NCBI GenBank assembly: GCA_031316235.1 | Contig: JALDRA010000001.1 | Location: forward strand, 1,470,001 to 1,502,000 | Source of the DNA: Candidatus Scalindua sp. | GTDB lineage: Bacteria > Planctomycetota > Brocadiia > Brocadiales > Scalinduaceae | Direction: 5' to 3' | Length of the DNA: 32,000 nucleotides | Part shown: positions 14,915-23,422 of the stretch, piece after piece | Layout of the letters: every line of letters begins with the position of its first letter | Numbering within the stretch: position 1 is the stretch's first letter | Notes under the pieces: model-generated | Database searches by the model: none | What the model saw: only the letters and a program-made list of their open reading frames with translations | Told to the model about the DNA's origin: nothing | Made by a program: the position numbers and the translations under genes

Positions 14915-16291
14915 TCATTGTTTCCGAAAATCGATGGGTTTCAGATTGTATTTTTTTAAGAGTTCGTATAAATCCGCTCTATATTTCCCTGCCAATTTTG
15001 CGGCCTGGCTTACATTACCGTTAGTAAGTCCGATAAGCTGTACAAGATAATCTCTTTCAAAGTCCTCTTTGGCAGACTTAAGACATTTTAAACCTTCGTC
15101 TACCTCTTCATGAGAAGAGAGGATCAACTCATCGGTAATGACGTCTTGAACCGCCATAACGACTGCATATTCTACGGTATTTTCCAGTTCTCTTACATTA
15201 CCAGGCCAATGGTGTAACATCATTTTCTGCAAGGCTGATGGTGTAAAATTTTTGATATTTTTATTCATATTTCCTGTGTATTTTTTCAGAAAGTGTGCTG
15301 CCAAAAGAGGGATATCCTCTTTTCTTTCTCTGAGTGGAGGTAATTTTATATTAATAACGTGAACCCGATAATAGAGATCCTCTCGAAAAGTACCATTTTC
15401 CACTTCTTTCTTCAAATCTTTATTCGAAGCCACAACTATCCTCACATCCACCTGAATGGTACCTTCTCCTCCCAAAGGATAAAAAACTGTCTCTTCCAGG
15501 ACGCGAAGCAGTTTTGCCTGCATGGGGAGAGGCATTTCTGATATTTCGTCTAAAAATAGAGTGCCTGTATGTGCCTGAGAAAAAATCCCCTTTTTTCTTT
15601 GAGTGGCTCCTGTAAAGGCCCCCTTCTCATAACCAAACAGTTCACTTTCAAAAAGTGCTTCAGGAATAGCGGCGCAGTTAATCGCAACGAACGGTTTCCC
15701 TTTTCTTGGGCTTGCCTCATGCAGACACTTGGCAATCAATTCCTTTCCCGTACCGCTTTCTCCAAAAATATGCACATGAGAATCTGTTTTTGCTGCCTGA
15801 AGAACCTGTTCAAAAACTTTTTTTATTTTTTCACTGTTACCCACTATATTTTCAAAGCTGAACTTCTCTTCCCTTTCATTTCCGGGCAGCTCTGCATCCA
15901 CTGATACCGTGCCCCTCTGTAAACCGTTTTTTATCTGCAGCAAAAGATCCTGATAGTCAAAAGGTTTCGTCACATAACTGAAAGCCCCTTTTCTCATTGC
16001 CTCAACTGCGGTTTCAATTGTTCCGTGAGAAGTAAGAATAATGATAGGCATTCCGGGATTGATCTGGAGGAGATTCTCCATCAGCTCAATACCGCTGTCG
16101 TCCGCAAGCTTAAGGTCAACAAGCGCTAAATCAAACATCCTGTCCCGAGCTATCTTCACAGCTTTGGTCGCCTGCAGAGCTGTAGCTACCTGGTAGTCAT
16201 TAGCCTCCAATCTCATTTTTATCACTTTGAGGATATTCTGATCATCGTCAACAACTATAATATTGTTCATGTAAACCTGTCCCTTAATCAT
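14915..16291 (-). CDS. Sigma-54-dependent response regulator (NtrC family: REC + AAA+ + Fis-type HTH)
   Basis: The receiver domain reads IIVVDDD...VDLKLAD. The AAA+ domain has Walker A GESGTGKE, the sigma-54 contact loop GAFTGA and Walker B LFLDEI. The C-terminal HTH is NVSQAAKLAGKYRADLYELLKKY. ATG 16289-16291 overlaps the upstream stop as ATGA; an alternative ATG lies at 16270. Confidence 0.9.
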   Translation of the reverse strand: MIKGQVYMNNIIVVDDDQNILKVIKMRLEANDYQVATALQATKAVKIARDRMFDLALVDLKLADDSGIELMENLLQINPGMPIIILTSHGTIETAVEAMRKGAFSYVTKPFDYQDLLLQIKNGLQRGTVSVDAELPGNEREEKFSFENIVGNSEKIKKVFEQVLQAAKTDSHVHIFGESGTGKELIAKCLHEASPRKGKPFVAINCAAIPEALFESELFGYEKGAFTGATQRKKGIFSQAHTGTLFLDEISEMPLPMQAKLLRVLEETVFYPLGGEGTIQVDVRIVVASNKDLKKEVENGTFREDLYYRVHVINIKLPPLRERKEDIPLLAAHFLKKYTGNMNKNIKNFTPSALQKMMLHHWPGNVRELENTVEYAVVMAVQDVITDELILSSHEEVDEGLKCLKSAKEDFERDYLVQLIGLTNGNVSQAAKLAGKYRADLYELLKKYNLKPIDFRKQ

Positions 16292-16941
16292 TTAGACAAA
16301 GATTCTCTTTTTTTCTCTTCGGTCCTCAGGTCAATCTCTTTTAACCTCTCGATCTGATCTTGTAAGTCTTCGGCCTTATATTGTAAACCTTCTATCTGAT
16401 TTTGTAAATTATTAATTTCACTGTCTTTCGCCATCAGCTCCCGGAGAAACAGCACCCAGATTCCAGCCTGATCTCTAATATCACTTTCGGGATATTCTTT
16501 TAAAACTCGCTGAAAACATTTTTTTGATTTCTTGTAATTACGATTAAGATTCCCGGGATAGGCATAATTTAACCCCATTTGAAAAAGGGCCTGATCTCCC
16601 AATGTTCGCGGAAACAACCTGAGCACCTCTTTATTCCTCTTTAGTGATGAGTTGTAGTATCCATTCAACATGAGGACCCTCGCTTTTGCAAGCTTCTGCA
16701 TTCCCTGCCATTTTCTTGCAAATTGAGGAAACATATTATTCAACTCTGTCTCCTGTATGGATTTCTCGTTAATACTTTCTTCATGCGTACCATTCGTTGA
16801 AATTTCCGGATCAACAGAAGAATCTTCATATGACCGTTTTCCCGGAAAGTTTGCACATCCCTGTATCCAAAACAGGAGCATCACGAGACAGGTAAGGAAA
16901 AAGAAAACACACTTCCCTCCCCAGGTTTGCTTTGAGCCCAT
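16288..16941 (-). CDS. Lipoprotein with TPR-like (YbgF/BamD-like) region and C-terminal coiled coil
   Basis: The signal peptide ends in the lipobox LFWIQGC. A TPR-like segment follows (ALFQMGLNYAYPGNLNRNYKKSKKCFQRVLKEYPESD). The heptad-rich tail reads INNLQNQIEGLQYKAEDLQDQIERLKEI. GGAGGA (16947-16952) lies 5 nt upstream of ATG 16941, inside the kinase gene. Confidence 0.7.
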   Translation of the reverse strand: MGSKQTWGGKCVFFFLTCLVMLLFWIQGCANFPGKRSYEDSSVDPEISTNGTHEESINEKSIQETELNNMFPQFARKWQGMQKLAKARVLMLNGYYNSSLKRNKEVLRLFPRTLGDQALFQMGLNYAYPGNLNRNYKKSKKCFQRVLKEYPESDIRDQAGIWVLFLRELMAKDSEINNLQNQIEGLQYKAEDLQDQIERLKEIDLRTEEKKRESLSK

Positions 16942-18341
16942 ATTATTCCTCCGTGAGCAGTTACCACATGCTTAGCTATAGAAAGGCCGAGACCTGTTCC
17001 CCTTACGGGTTTTTCTCCGCTTTCTATCCGCACAAATTTGTCAAAGATATTTTTTAGATTTTCTTCTACAATTCCGCAACCGTTATCAGAAACCGAAATT
17101 TCAATTCTTCCACTACCTTTGCCTTTTCGACAGCCACAATTAACAATAACCTCACCTCCGCTGTCGGTAAATTTCAAGGCATTTCCCAGCAGGTTTTCCA
17201 TTACCTGCCCGATCCTTTCTTTATCAATCTTGACGAAAGGAACATTCTTCGGAGGCTTCAGTTCAAGGTTAATGTGTTTTCGCTGAGCAATAGGTGCAAT
17301 ATTTAAAACACTTTTTTGAATTACCGGAATGATGTTGCACTCTTTAAAATGGTAGCCCATCATCTTGGCTTCCATGCAGGAAAGATCGAGAATCCTGTTG
17401 ACTAAATGTATTAATCTCTCACACTCTTCATGTAAAACAGTTAAAAGTTCATGTCGTTTTTCCGGTTCATTTGCAAATACCCCATCAAGAAGCATACTGG
17501 TAGCTTCTCTGATGGCTGTCAGAGGAGTTCGAAGCTCGTGAGAAACACGGCTGATAAAATCTTCCTTTAACTCATCAATCTCTTTCAACCGTTCACACAT
17601 GATATTGAAAGAATCCGCCAGGTCTTTAATTTCTGGAGGTGAAGTGATATCCTGGATTTTTGCAAACTTACCTTTAGCAATCTTCCTTGTCCTGTCCTGC
17701 AAAAGCAAAACAGACCGGTTAATACTTTTGGTATTAAAAAAGGAAATCAAGATTCCAATAATGACCGTCAGTACAGCCGTAATGGCTGTAACCTTTAATA
17801 CATGGGAACTGATTTGATTCGCTCCATAAATTTTTTTATAGCTAGCCAACCGTGTGGCCCTAACAATCTTAACCAGACCCTGGTTTATCTGGTCAATTAT
17901 ATTTTCTTTTTTAACCCGATACCGGTCCTTTGCATATTCCTGACCTTTTTCTATAAACTTATACTCATTCTCAAACAGAGAGTGATATCGATCGTACTGC
18001 TTCAATGCATCAGCGTATATCATTTCATTTTCCGTACCCTCAAGAAAAGGCTCAAGCGCTTCCAAGTCCTTTCTCAAATACTCCTTAATATCAATAAACT
18101 GCTTATAAAAATCTTTATCCCCTGAAATCAGATATTTTTTCCCAAAACTTTCCTGAGAATACATTGTATCCAGGATATGTTCAATTTGATTTATGATAGA
18201 GCTGTCTACAGTAGCTATTGATCGTGTAAGAAGAGTTAATTGATTCAGCTTGACTGTTACATATACACCAAGAAAAATAACCAGCAGCATTATTGCTATA
18301 TAACCAAATGTCAATCTTTTAAAAATAGTAAATTTCATCAT
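16881..18341 (-). CDS. Sensor histidine kinase (2 TM, extracytoplasmic sensor, HAMP, HisKA, HATPase_c)
   Basis: The TM helices are GYIAIMLLVIFLGVYVTV and VTAITAVLTVIIGILISFF. The H-box is SHELRTPLTAI, the N-box NLLGNALKFT, G1 DNGCGI and G2 GTGLGLSI. Confidence 0.9.
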   Translation of the reverse strand: MMKFTIFKRLTFGYIAIMLLVIFLGVYVTVKLNQLTLLTRSIATVDSSIINQIEHILDTMYSQESFGKKYLISGDKDFYKQFIDIKEYLRKDLEALEPFLEGTENEMIYADALKQYDRYHSLFENEYKFIEKGQEYAKDRYRVKKENIIDQINQGLVKIVRATRLASYKKIYGANQISSHVLKVTAITAVLTVIIGILISFFNTKSINRSVLLLQDRTRKIAKGKFAKIQDITSPPEIKDLADSFNIMCERLKEIDELKEDFISRVSHELRTPLTAIREATSMLLDGVFANEPEKRHELLTVLHEECERLIHLVNRILDLSCMEAKMMGYHFKECNIIPVIQKSVLNIAPIAQRKHINLELKPPKNVPFVKIDKERIGQVMENLLGNALKFTDSGGEVIVNCGCRKGKGSGRIEISVSDNGCGIVEENLKNIFDKFVRIESGEKPVRGTGLGLSIAKHVVTAHGGIIWAQSKPGEGSVFSFSLPVS

Positions 18342-18435
18342 TCAACTGGCCTTATTCCAAGGCGAAAGAGTCTCCATAAAAAAACCTTACTGTAAAGATA
18401 GGACAAGGCTCACTTCAGCAGTAAGGCTGGCAACA

Positions 18436-18548
18436 TATACTCCTTTTATAATGGTTTTCGGAAAAAATCCAAGAAGAAACGGAGCGAGTCTACCACTAAT
18501 CAGACTTTGGTTTTTAGAAAAATCTAAAACCAAATCGGTTTCAGTATA
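18436..18548 (-). repeat. Intergenic hairpin-repeat element, copy D (inverted orientation, variant hairpin 1)
   Basis: The reverse complement reads TATACTGAAACCGATTTGGTTTTAGATTTTTCTAAAAACCAAAGTCTG...ACTCGCTCCGTTTCTTCTTGGATTTTTTCCGAAAACCATTATAAAAGGAGTATA. Termini and block order match copies B and C. It lacks the 27-nt module. Confidence 0.85.
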
Positions 18549-18774
18549 TCCCCAAAGCCCCTCCATACGCTAATAAACCCTGCGACTTATACCCCCCGAC
18601 CACTCAAGATTTATCATTCGGCAGCTTTTAAATGGTATGCCACAAAAACCGGATCATATCGGGGAAGCAATACCGTATAAATATGTTTAGGCTAATGTTT
18701 TTGGCATTTGTTGTCAAGCTGAAATTAGCATGTGTCAGGCATGTACGATCAGCTGAGAAGTTGTTTATTCTTGC

Positions 18775-19800
18775 CTAATCTCTTTTCAGGCTGTGGCGAA
18801 TTAATGTGCGTAAGATAAAGCTCCTGTTTGCCCCTCCCATGAGCTGATTCACACTGTCGTAAAGAGCAGGATCATTAATCATTGCACCAAGAGAGCCATC
18901 ACCATCGTTAACCGTTTTCGTTACAGCTTGTAAATTTTCCGTAACCTGCACTAAATTATCAAGTATCATCCTCTTGTCTTCATCGTATAAAATGGCGTGC
19001 AACAGCCCATTACCATTTGTTATCTGATTTGCTATCTTCTCAACTTCATTGGATAAACCGGTTATCGTTTTCATGATTCCGTTATCCTCCCTGTTATATA
19101 TCATTGCGTTGAGGACACCGTTTCCATTCACGATATCATCGGTAACCCTTCTGACATTTTCGCTACTTTGAGATAGATTATCAAAGAGGACTGCTCCTTC
19201 TTCATCAAATATTAAACGATGAATCAGGCCATCACCGTTTTTAATTTCCCCAACGATGTCTGCCAGAGACTCTACAGAATCAGACAGGCTCTCGATAATT
19301 TTCTCTTTTTCTACTTTCTTCAGATTATTGTGAATATCATCAATAAGAGCTACTCCACTCTCAAAAGCTCGGGAGTAATCAGTGGGTATAACACCCTGAA
19401 TAAAATCCCCCTCTTTGACTATTTTTTCCTCTCTACTTCCCATTGAGAGTTCAATGTAGGAATCTCCCGTAACGTAACTCAACCATTTAATCAGTGCAAC
19501 AGAGTCCTTGCGTATTCTGCTTTGAACTCTTTCTTCAATCTGAAGCGTTACCAGAAGCCTGGTCTCTTCCAAGAGTTCAGGTATCGTTACATCTGCAACC
19601 TTTCCAACCGTAACACCCGCTAATCTCACAGGAGCACCTGGCAGGAGTCCATGTACATCAGGAAAGGATGTATATAGTGTAAACTGCCTCTTGAAATATC
19701 CTTTTTCTTTTCCAAGCACAAAGATTACGATTGTAATTGCAATCAACATGACAAAAACAAACAACCCTGCACGAAGCACAACCATCTGATCTTTTTTCAT
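18775..19800 (-). CDS. mlaD: MlaD/MCE-domain protein of an Mla-type ABC lipid transport system
   Basis: ATG 19800 is preceded by AAGGGGGAG; the track uses the TTG at 19830. It has an N-terminal TM helix and the MCE pattern FPDVHGLLPGAPVRLAGVTVGKVADV. The C-terminus holds four tandem 37-aa repeats marked by NG(D/N)G. Confidence 0.85.
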   Translation of the reverse strand: MKKDQMVVLRAGLFVFVMLIAITIVIFVLGKEKGYFKRQFTLYTSFPDVHGLLPGAPVRLAGVTVGKVADVTIPELLEETRLLVTLQIEERVQSRIRKDSVALIKWLSYVTGDSYIELSMGSREEKIVKEGDFIQGVIPTDYSRAFESGVALIDDIHNNLKKVEKEKIIESLSDSVESLADIVGEIKNGDGLIHRLIFDEEGAVLFDNLSQSSENVRRVTDDIVNGNGVLNAMIYNREDNGIMKTITGLSNEVEKIANQITNGNGLLHAILYDEDKRMILDNLVQVTENLQAVTKTVNDGDGSLGAMINDPALYDSVNQLMGGANRSFILRTLIRHSLKRD

Positions 19801-19826
19801 ACATCTCCCCCTTCGACGCAAATGTA

Positions 19827-20564
19827 TCAATAACGACTTCCTGAAATAAAGTCTCTTATCTCCTTGATCTCCGAGTTTTCAAATTCATCCCAAGTCCCTT
19901 CCGTTATAATTTTCCCGCCAGATAGCATGGCCAACTTATTGGTAATCTTTTTCACACAGTGCAAATCATGGGTAACGACGATTGTGGTTATTCCCAATCT
20001 ATTCTGCAGACTCAAAATCAAATCATTTATCTTTTCAGCCGTAATAGGATCTATTCCTGTCGTAGGCTCGTCGTACAGAATAATCTTTGGTTCTATCGCA
20101 ATTGCTCGTGCAAGACCTACCCTTTTTTTCATGCCTCCGCTCAACTCATCCGGCATTTTGTCTTCTGCCCCTTCAAGTCCGACCAAGCTGAGCTTTTCCC
20201 TTATTGTCTCTTTTATCTCCTTCTCTCTCAGATCCGTGTGCTCTCTCAACGGATAGGCAACGTTTTCATAAACAGAAAGAGAGTCAAAGAGGGCTGCTCC
20301 CTGAAATAAGATGCCAACATTTCTTCGGATTTCTATCAGCTCTTCTTCCTTTAATGGAACGATATCTTTCCCCATGACAATTATTTCGCCGCTATCTGGT
20401 TTCAGAATGCCAATTAACTCTTTGAGCAGCAAACTTTTACCAGCACCGCTGCTTCCAATCAGTGATAATATTTCACCCTCTTTTACGCATAAGTTTATGC
20501 CTCTATGAATCAGGTTCCCATCAAACGATGTATGAATATCCCTGAACTCAATAATAGTATTCAT
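19827..20564 (-). CDS. mlaF: ABC transporter ATP-binding protein (MlaF-like)
   Basis: It has Walker A GSSGAGKS, the signature LSGGMKKRVGLARA and Walker B ILYDEPT. It sits between the MlaE-like permease and the MlaD-like gene. Confidence 0.9.
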   Translation of the reverse strand: MNTIIEFRDIHTSFDGNLIHRGINLCVKEGEILSLIGSSGAGKSLLLKELIGILKPDSGEIIVMGKDIVPLKEEELIEIRRNVGILFQGAALFDSLSVYENVAYPLREHTDLREKEIKETIREKLSLVGLEGAEDKMPDELSGGMKKRVGLARAIAIEPKIILYDEPTTGIDPITAEKINDLILSLQNRLGITTIVVTHDLHCVKKITNKLAMLSGGKIITEGTWDEFENSEIKEIRDFISGSRY

Positions 20565-21344
20565 TTAAAAGACCAAGAAAAATAATTTTGTCAAAAAGAA
20601 ATCTGAAACGATTATAAGAAGAGAAATAGTAACCACAGATACTGTTGCTGCCCGGCCAACACCCGATGTACCACCACGTGCATTGAGACCAAAAAAACAA
20701 CCAAATAGAGCGATGATAAATCCAAAAAATGCCGTTTTTCCCAAGCCGCTGCAGAAATCAGATATGCCTATAGTCCACCAAACAGTATTAAGGTAATATT
20801 GGTATCCTATGTTTAATTCCATCAGTGCTATTATCATTCCACCAAAGACACCGATAATATCAGCGGCAACGGTGAGTAATGGCAGCATAAAAATCGCCGC
20901 AAAAATTTTAGGAGAAACAAGTTTCTTTATCGGATCTGCCCCCAAGGCCCTTATTGCATCTATCTGTTCAGTAACTTTCATTGATCCAATTTCAGCAGCA
21001 ATCCCTGAACCGACTCTCCCTCCAACCATGATTGATGCAAGTACGGGAGACATCTCCCGAACCATCGATAATGAGACAACGGAACCGACATATAATTCAG
21101 CACCGTAATAACGCAGTCCGTAAATAGTTTGTAACGCCAATACCATACCTGCAAAGAGGGAAATTGTACAGACAACGACGAGAGACTTTACACCAATGTT
21201 ATCAGCTTCCTTTAGTATGAGATTGAAATTGAGGGGAGGCGTAACCATTCCGCGAACACCTTTGTAGGCAAGAATAGACGCCTCACCTACGGTGATGAAG
21301 AACTGTTTTCCTTTATTGTCCAGATATAACAAAAGCTGCTTCAT
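20565..21344 (-). CDS. mlaE: ABC transporter permease (MlaE-like)
   Basis: 259 aa polytopic membrane protein with MlaE-family patterns (MVREMSPVLASIMVGGRVGSGIAAEIGSMKVTEQIDA). Its stop directly abuts the mlaF start. Confidence 0.85.
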   Translation of the reverse strand: MKQLLLYLDNKGKQFFITVGEASILAYKGVRGMVTPPLNFNLILKEADNIGVKSLVVVCTISLFAGMVLALQTIYGLRYYGAELYVGSVVSLSMVREMSPVLASIMVGGRVGSGIAAEIGSMKVTEQIDAIRALGADPIKKLVSPKIFAAIFMLPLLTVAADIIGVFGGMIIALMELNIGYQYYLNTVWWTIGISDFCSGLGKTAFFGFIIALFGCFFGLNARGGTSGVGRAATVSVVTISLLIIVSDFFLTKLFFLVF

Positions 21345-21514
21345 AATACATCGAACCCTTTCGACCCGTCCGAACGCTCACGTCGGGCAGTTGCTGTTTT
21401 AAATGCGTTTGAGTTTCCGTTTAATCGCCGGTACTCCTCTGTTCACAAAAAAAAATAGTGGGAACGAAAAGAGGCTGAAAGGGATTAAATACCAGCTTGT
21501 TTTTTCCTGAACCT

Positions 21515-22024
21515 TCAGTCAGCGGGTTTAAAACTGTTGATCATATTTTCAAAATCCCCCAGGGAGAGATCGAAAGTATTCGGAGCTGACCAGTAAACTA
21601 TATCATAAACAATGTTCTCTGTACTTATTATATACGCGCTGATCTTTATCTTATGGTCATCGATTTCGCCTTCCAGTATTGTATGCAGGAATCTTTGATT
21701 GTTGATATATTTGTACTCTCTGTTTACAATGTGTTTCTTTTTTATACCAATAAAGAGTTGTTTGTAGAGTCGGTCTAATGTTAATAGACTGTTTTCTCCA
21801 AGAGTTGAAATAATGGCAAGCATTGCATCATTCCCCGGGTAGTGCATGGCGAGATCTTCACTGTCTATTGTGACAATCTTCCATGGTTCACCTGGAAGCG
21901 TTATGGTGTATGCGTTATGAAGATTTAACTGTTTATCATCAATTATTTGAATCGAGGAACAGCCATGAAAGATGACAAAAAGATACGATAATATGATGTA
22001 TTTTTTATAGTTCAGTTTCCCCAT
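21515..22024 (-). CDS. Hypothetical lipoprotein
   Basis: The signal peptide has a lipobox-like VIFHGC. The soluble domain is 145 aa. No family was recognised. It lies upstream of and co-oriented with mlaEFD. Confidence 0.6.
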   Translation of the reverse strand: MGKLNYKKYIILSYLFVIFHGCSSIQIIDDKQLNLHNAYTITLPGEPWKIVTIDSEDLAMHYPGNDAMLAIISTLGENSLLTLDRLYKQLFIGIKKKHIVNREYKYINNQRFLHTILEGEIDDHKIKISAYIISTENIVYDIVYWSAPNTFDLSLGDFENMINSFKPAD

Positions 22025-22213
22025 GCAACTATGAAATACTCTTTCGGATCTATATCCCTTTACAACGACAAAAGGAGGATTTTACCAGATTGGATTTTAA
22101 GTATGACAACTAGTTATTTTTCTGTCAAATAAAAAGATTTATATTTTTCACATGAAACAGATATACCAATAAACAGCTTGAAGGTTCTGCATCTGTTTTC
22201 AAAGGGAGGGGTT

Positions 22214-23422
22214 ATGATAAGTGTAGATAAGGCTATCCAGATAGTTCTGAAAAAAGTAAAAACTTTGCCAACAAAAAAAGTACCGCTGCAAAACGCTCAA
22301 GGTTTATGTCTGGCGGAGAACATAAAGACGGATATAGACATGCCACCATTCAACAGAGCAGCCATGGACGGTTATGCGGTAATTGCAAAAAACACAACGA
22401 AAATACCGGTAGATCTCGTCGTAGTTGAGAACATCCGTGCCGGATACAATCCTAAGAAAACCATTCGCAATGGAGAAGCAGCCAAGATCATGACGGGATC
22501 CGTCGTTCCTGAAGGGGCTGATGCCGTAATAAAGGTTGAAGAGACAATGCCATGTGACTCCAATTCACGTGTTCGCATACTGAAAACCATCAAAAAAGGA
22601 GGTAATATCGCAAAAAAAGGTGAAGACCTGCGAGCAGGAAAGATCGTTCTCAGGAAAGGGGCCAAGATAAGGCCACCAGAGATCGGCGTACTTGCCACTG
22701 TCGGTGCAGACAAAGTGCAAGTCTTTTCTGTACCAAGTGTTGGAATTATATCAACCGGGGACGAGCTGGTATCGGTAGCGGAAAAACCTAAACCATGGCA
22801 GATTCGTAACAGTAATAGCTATTCACTGGCTGCCCAGGCTCGACGAACCATAGGAGATGTAGAGATTTTAGGAATCGCACGTGACCAAAAAAGCAAGATA
22901 AGGAGTCTGGTCCTGAGAGGTTTAAAAAAAGATATCCTGATCTTATCCGGTGGAGTTTCTATGGGGGAATACGATCTTGTCGGGGAGGTTCTGAAAGATC
23001 TCGGTATCACAATATTTTTCGAGAAAGTAGCTCTGCGACCAGGAAAACCTACGGTTTTTGGCAAGATAGGAGAAAAGGTAATTTTTGCACTACCCGGCAA
23101 TCCAGTATCTACGATGGTCACCTTTGAGCTTTTTGTGAGACCGTGTATTAAAAAAATGATGGGATTCCAGGATTATCATAACCGGATATTCTCTGCTGAA
23201 CTGGAACAGGACATCACGATGAAAAAGAAACGCCGCGAATATCGACCCGCACTCTTGAGATACATGGAAAAGAAGTGGATGGTTGCACCTGTCGATTGGC
23301 ATGGTTCGGGCGATCTGTTTTCAACCACCAAGGCAAATTGTTTACTCATTATCGGTGAGGATGCAGAGAGATTTACCGTAGGTGATATGGTAGAGGTTAT
23401 GTTAATTGACGACTTTAGTTAA
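22214..23422 (+). CDS. moeA: Molybdopterin molybdenumtransferase
   Basis: ATG 22214 is preceded by AGGGAGGGG; the track uses the TTG at 22178. MoeA patterns are PPFNRAAMDGYAV, ISTGDEL, SGGVSMGEYD and LPGNPVS. Confidence 0.9.
   Translation: MISVDKAIQIVLKKVKTLPTKKVPLQNAQGLCLAENIKTDIDMPPFNRAAMDGYAVIAKNTTKIPVDLVVVENIRAGYNPKKTIRNGEAAKIMTGSVVPEGADAVIKVEETMPCDSNSRVRILKTIKKGGNIAKKGEDLRAGKIVLRKGAKIRPPEIGVLATVGADKVQVFSVPSVGIISTGDELVSVAEKPKPWQIRNSNSYSLAAQARRTIGDVEILGIARDQKSKIRSLVLRGLKKDILILSGGVSMGEYDLVGEVLKDLGITIFFEKVALRPGKPTVFGKIGEKVIFALPGNPVSTMVTFELFVRPCIKKMMGFQDYHNRIFSAELEQDITMKKKRREYRPALLRYMEKKWMVAPVDWHGSGDLFSTTKANCLLIIGEDAERFTVGDMVEVMLIDDFS

Noticed and set aside
18362-18375. A second GG-N10-GC match lies on the minus strand (ATGGAGACTCTTTCGCC) upstream of the histidine kinase. 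There is also a plus-strand TGGCAT at 18701-18706.
   Set aside because: The first would place the transcription start about 10 nt from the kinase ATG, removing the ribosome-binding site, and its -24 half is poor. The second lacks a GC at the required spacing and faces the 3' end of mlaD.
22025-22213. A Moco riboswitch was expected upstream of moeA.
   Set aside because: No conserved Moco-motif core elements are recognisable by eye. The 189-nt divergent region is AT-rich and more consistent with two back-to-back promoters. I did not call any promoter here because the matches were weak.
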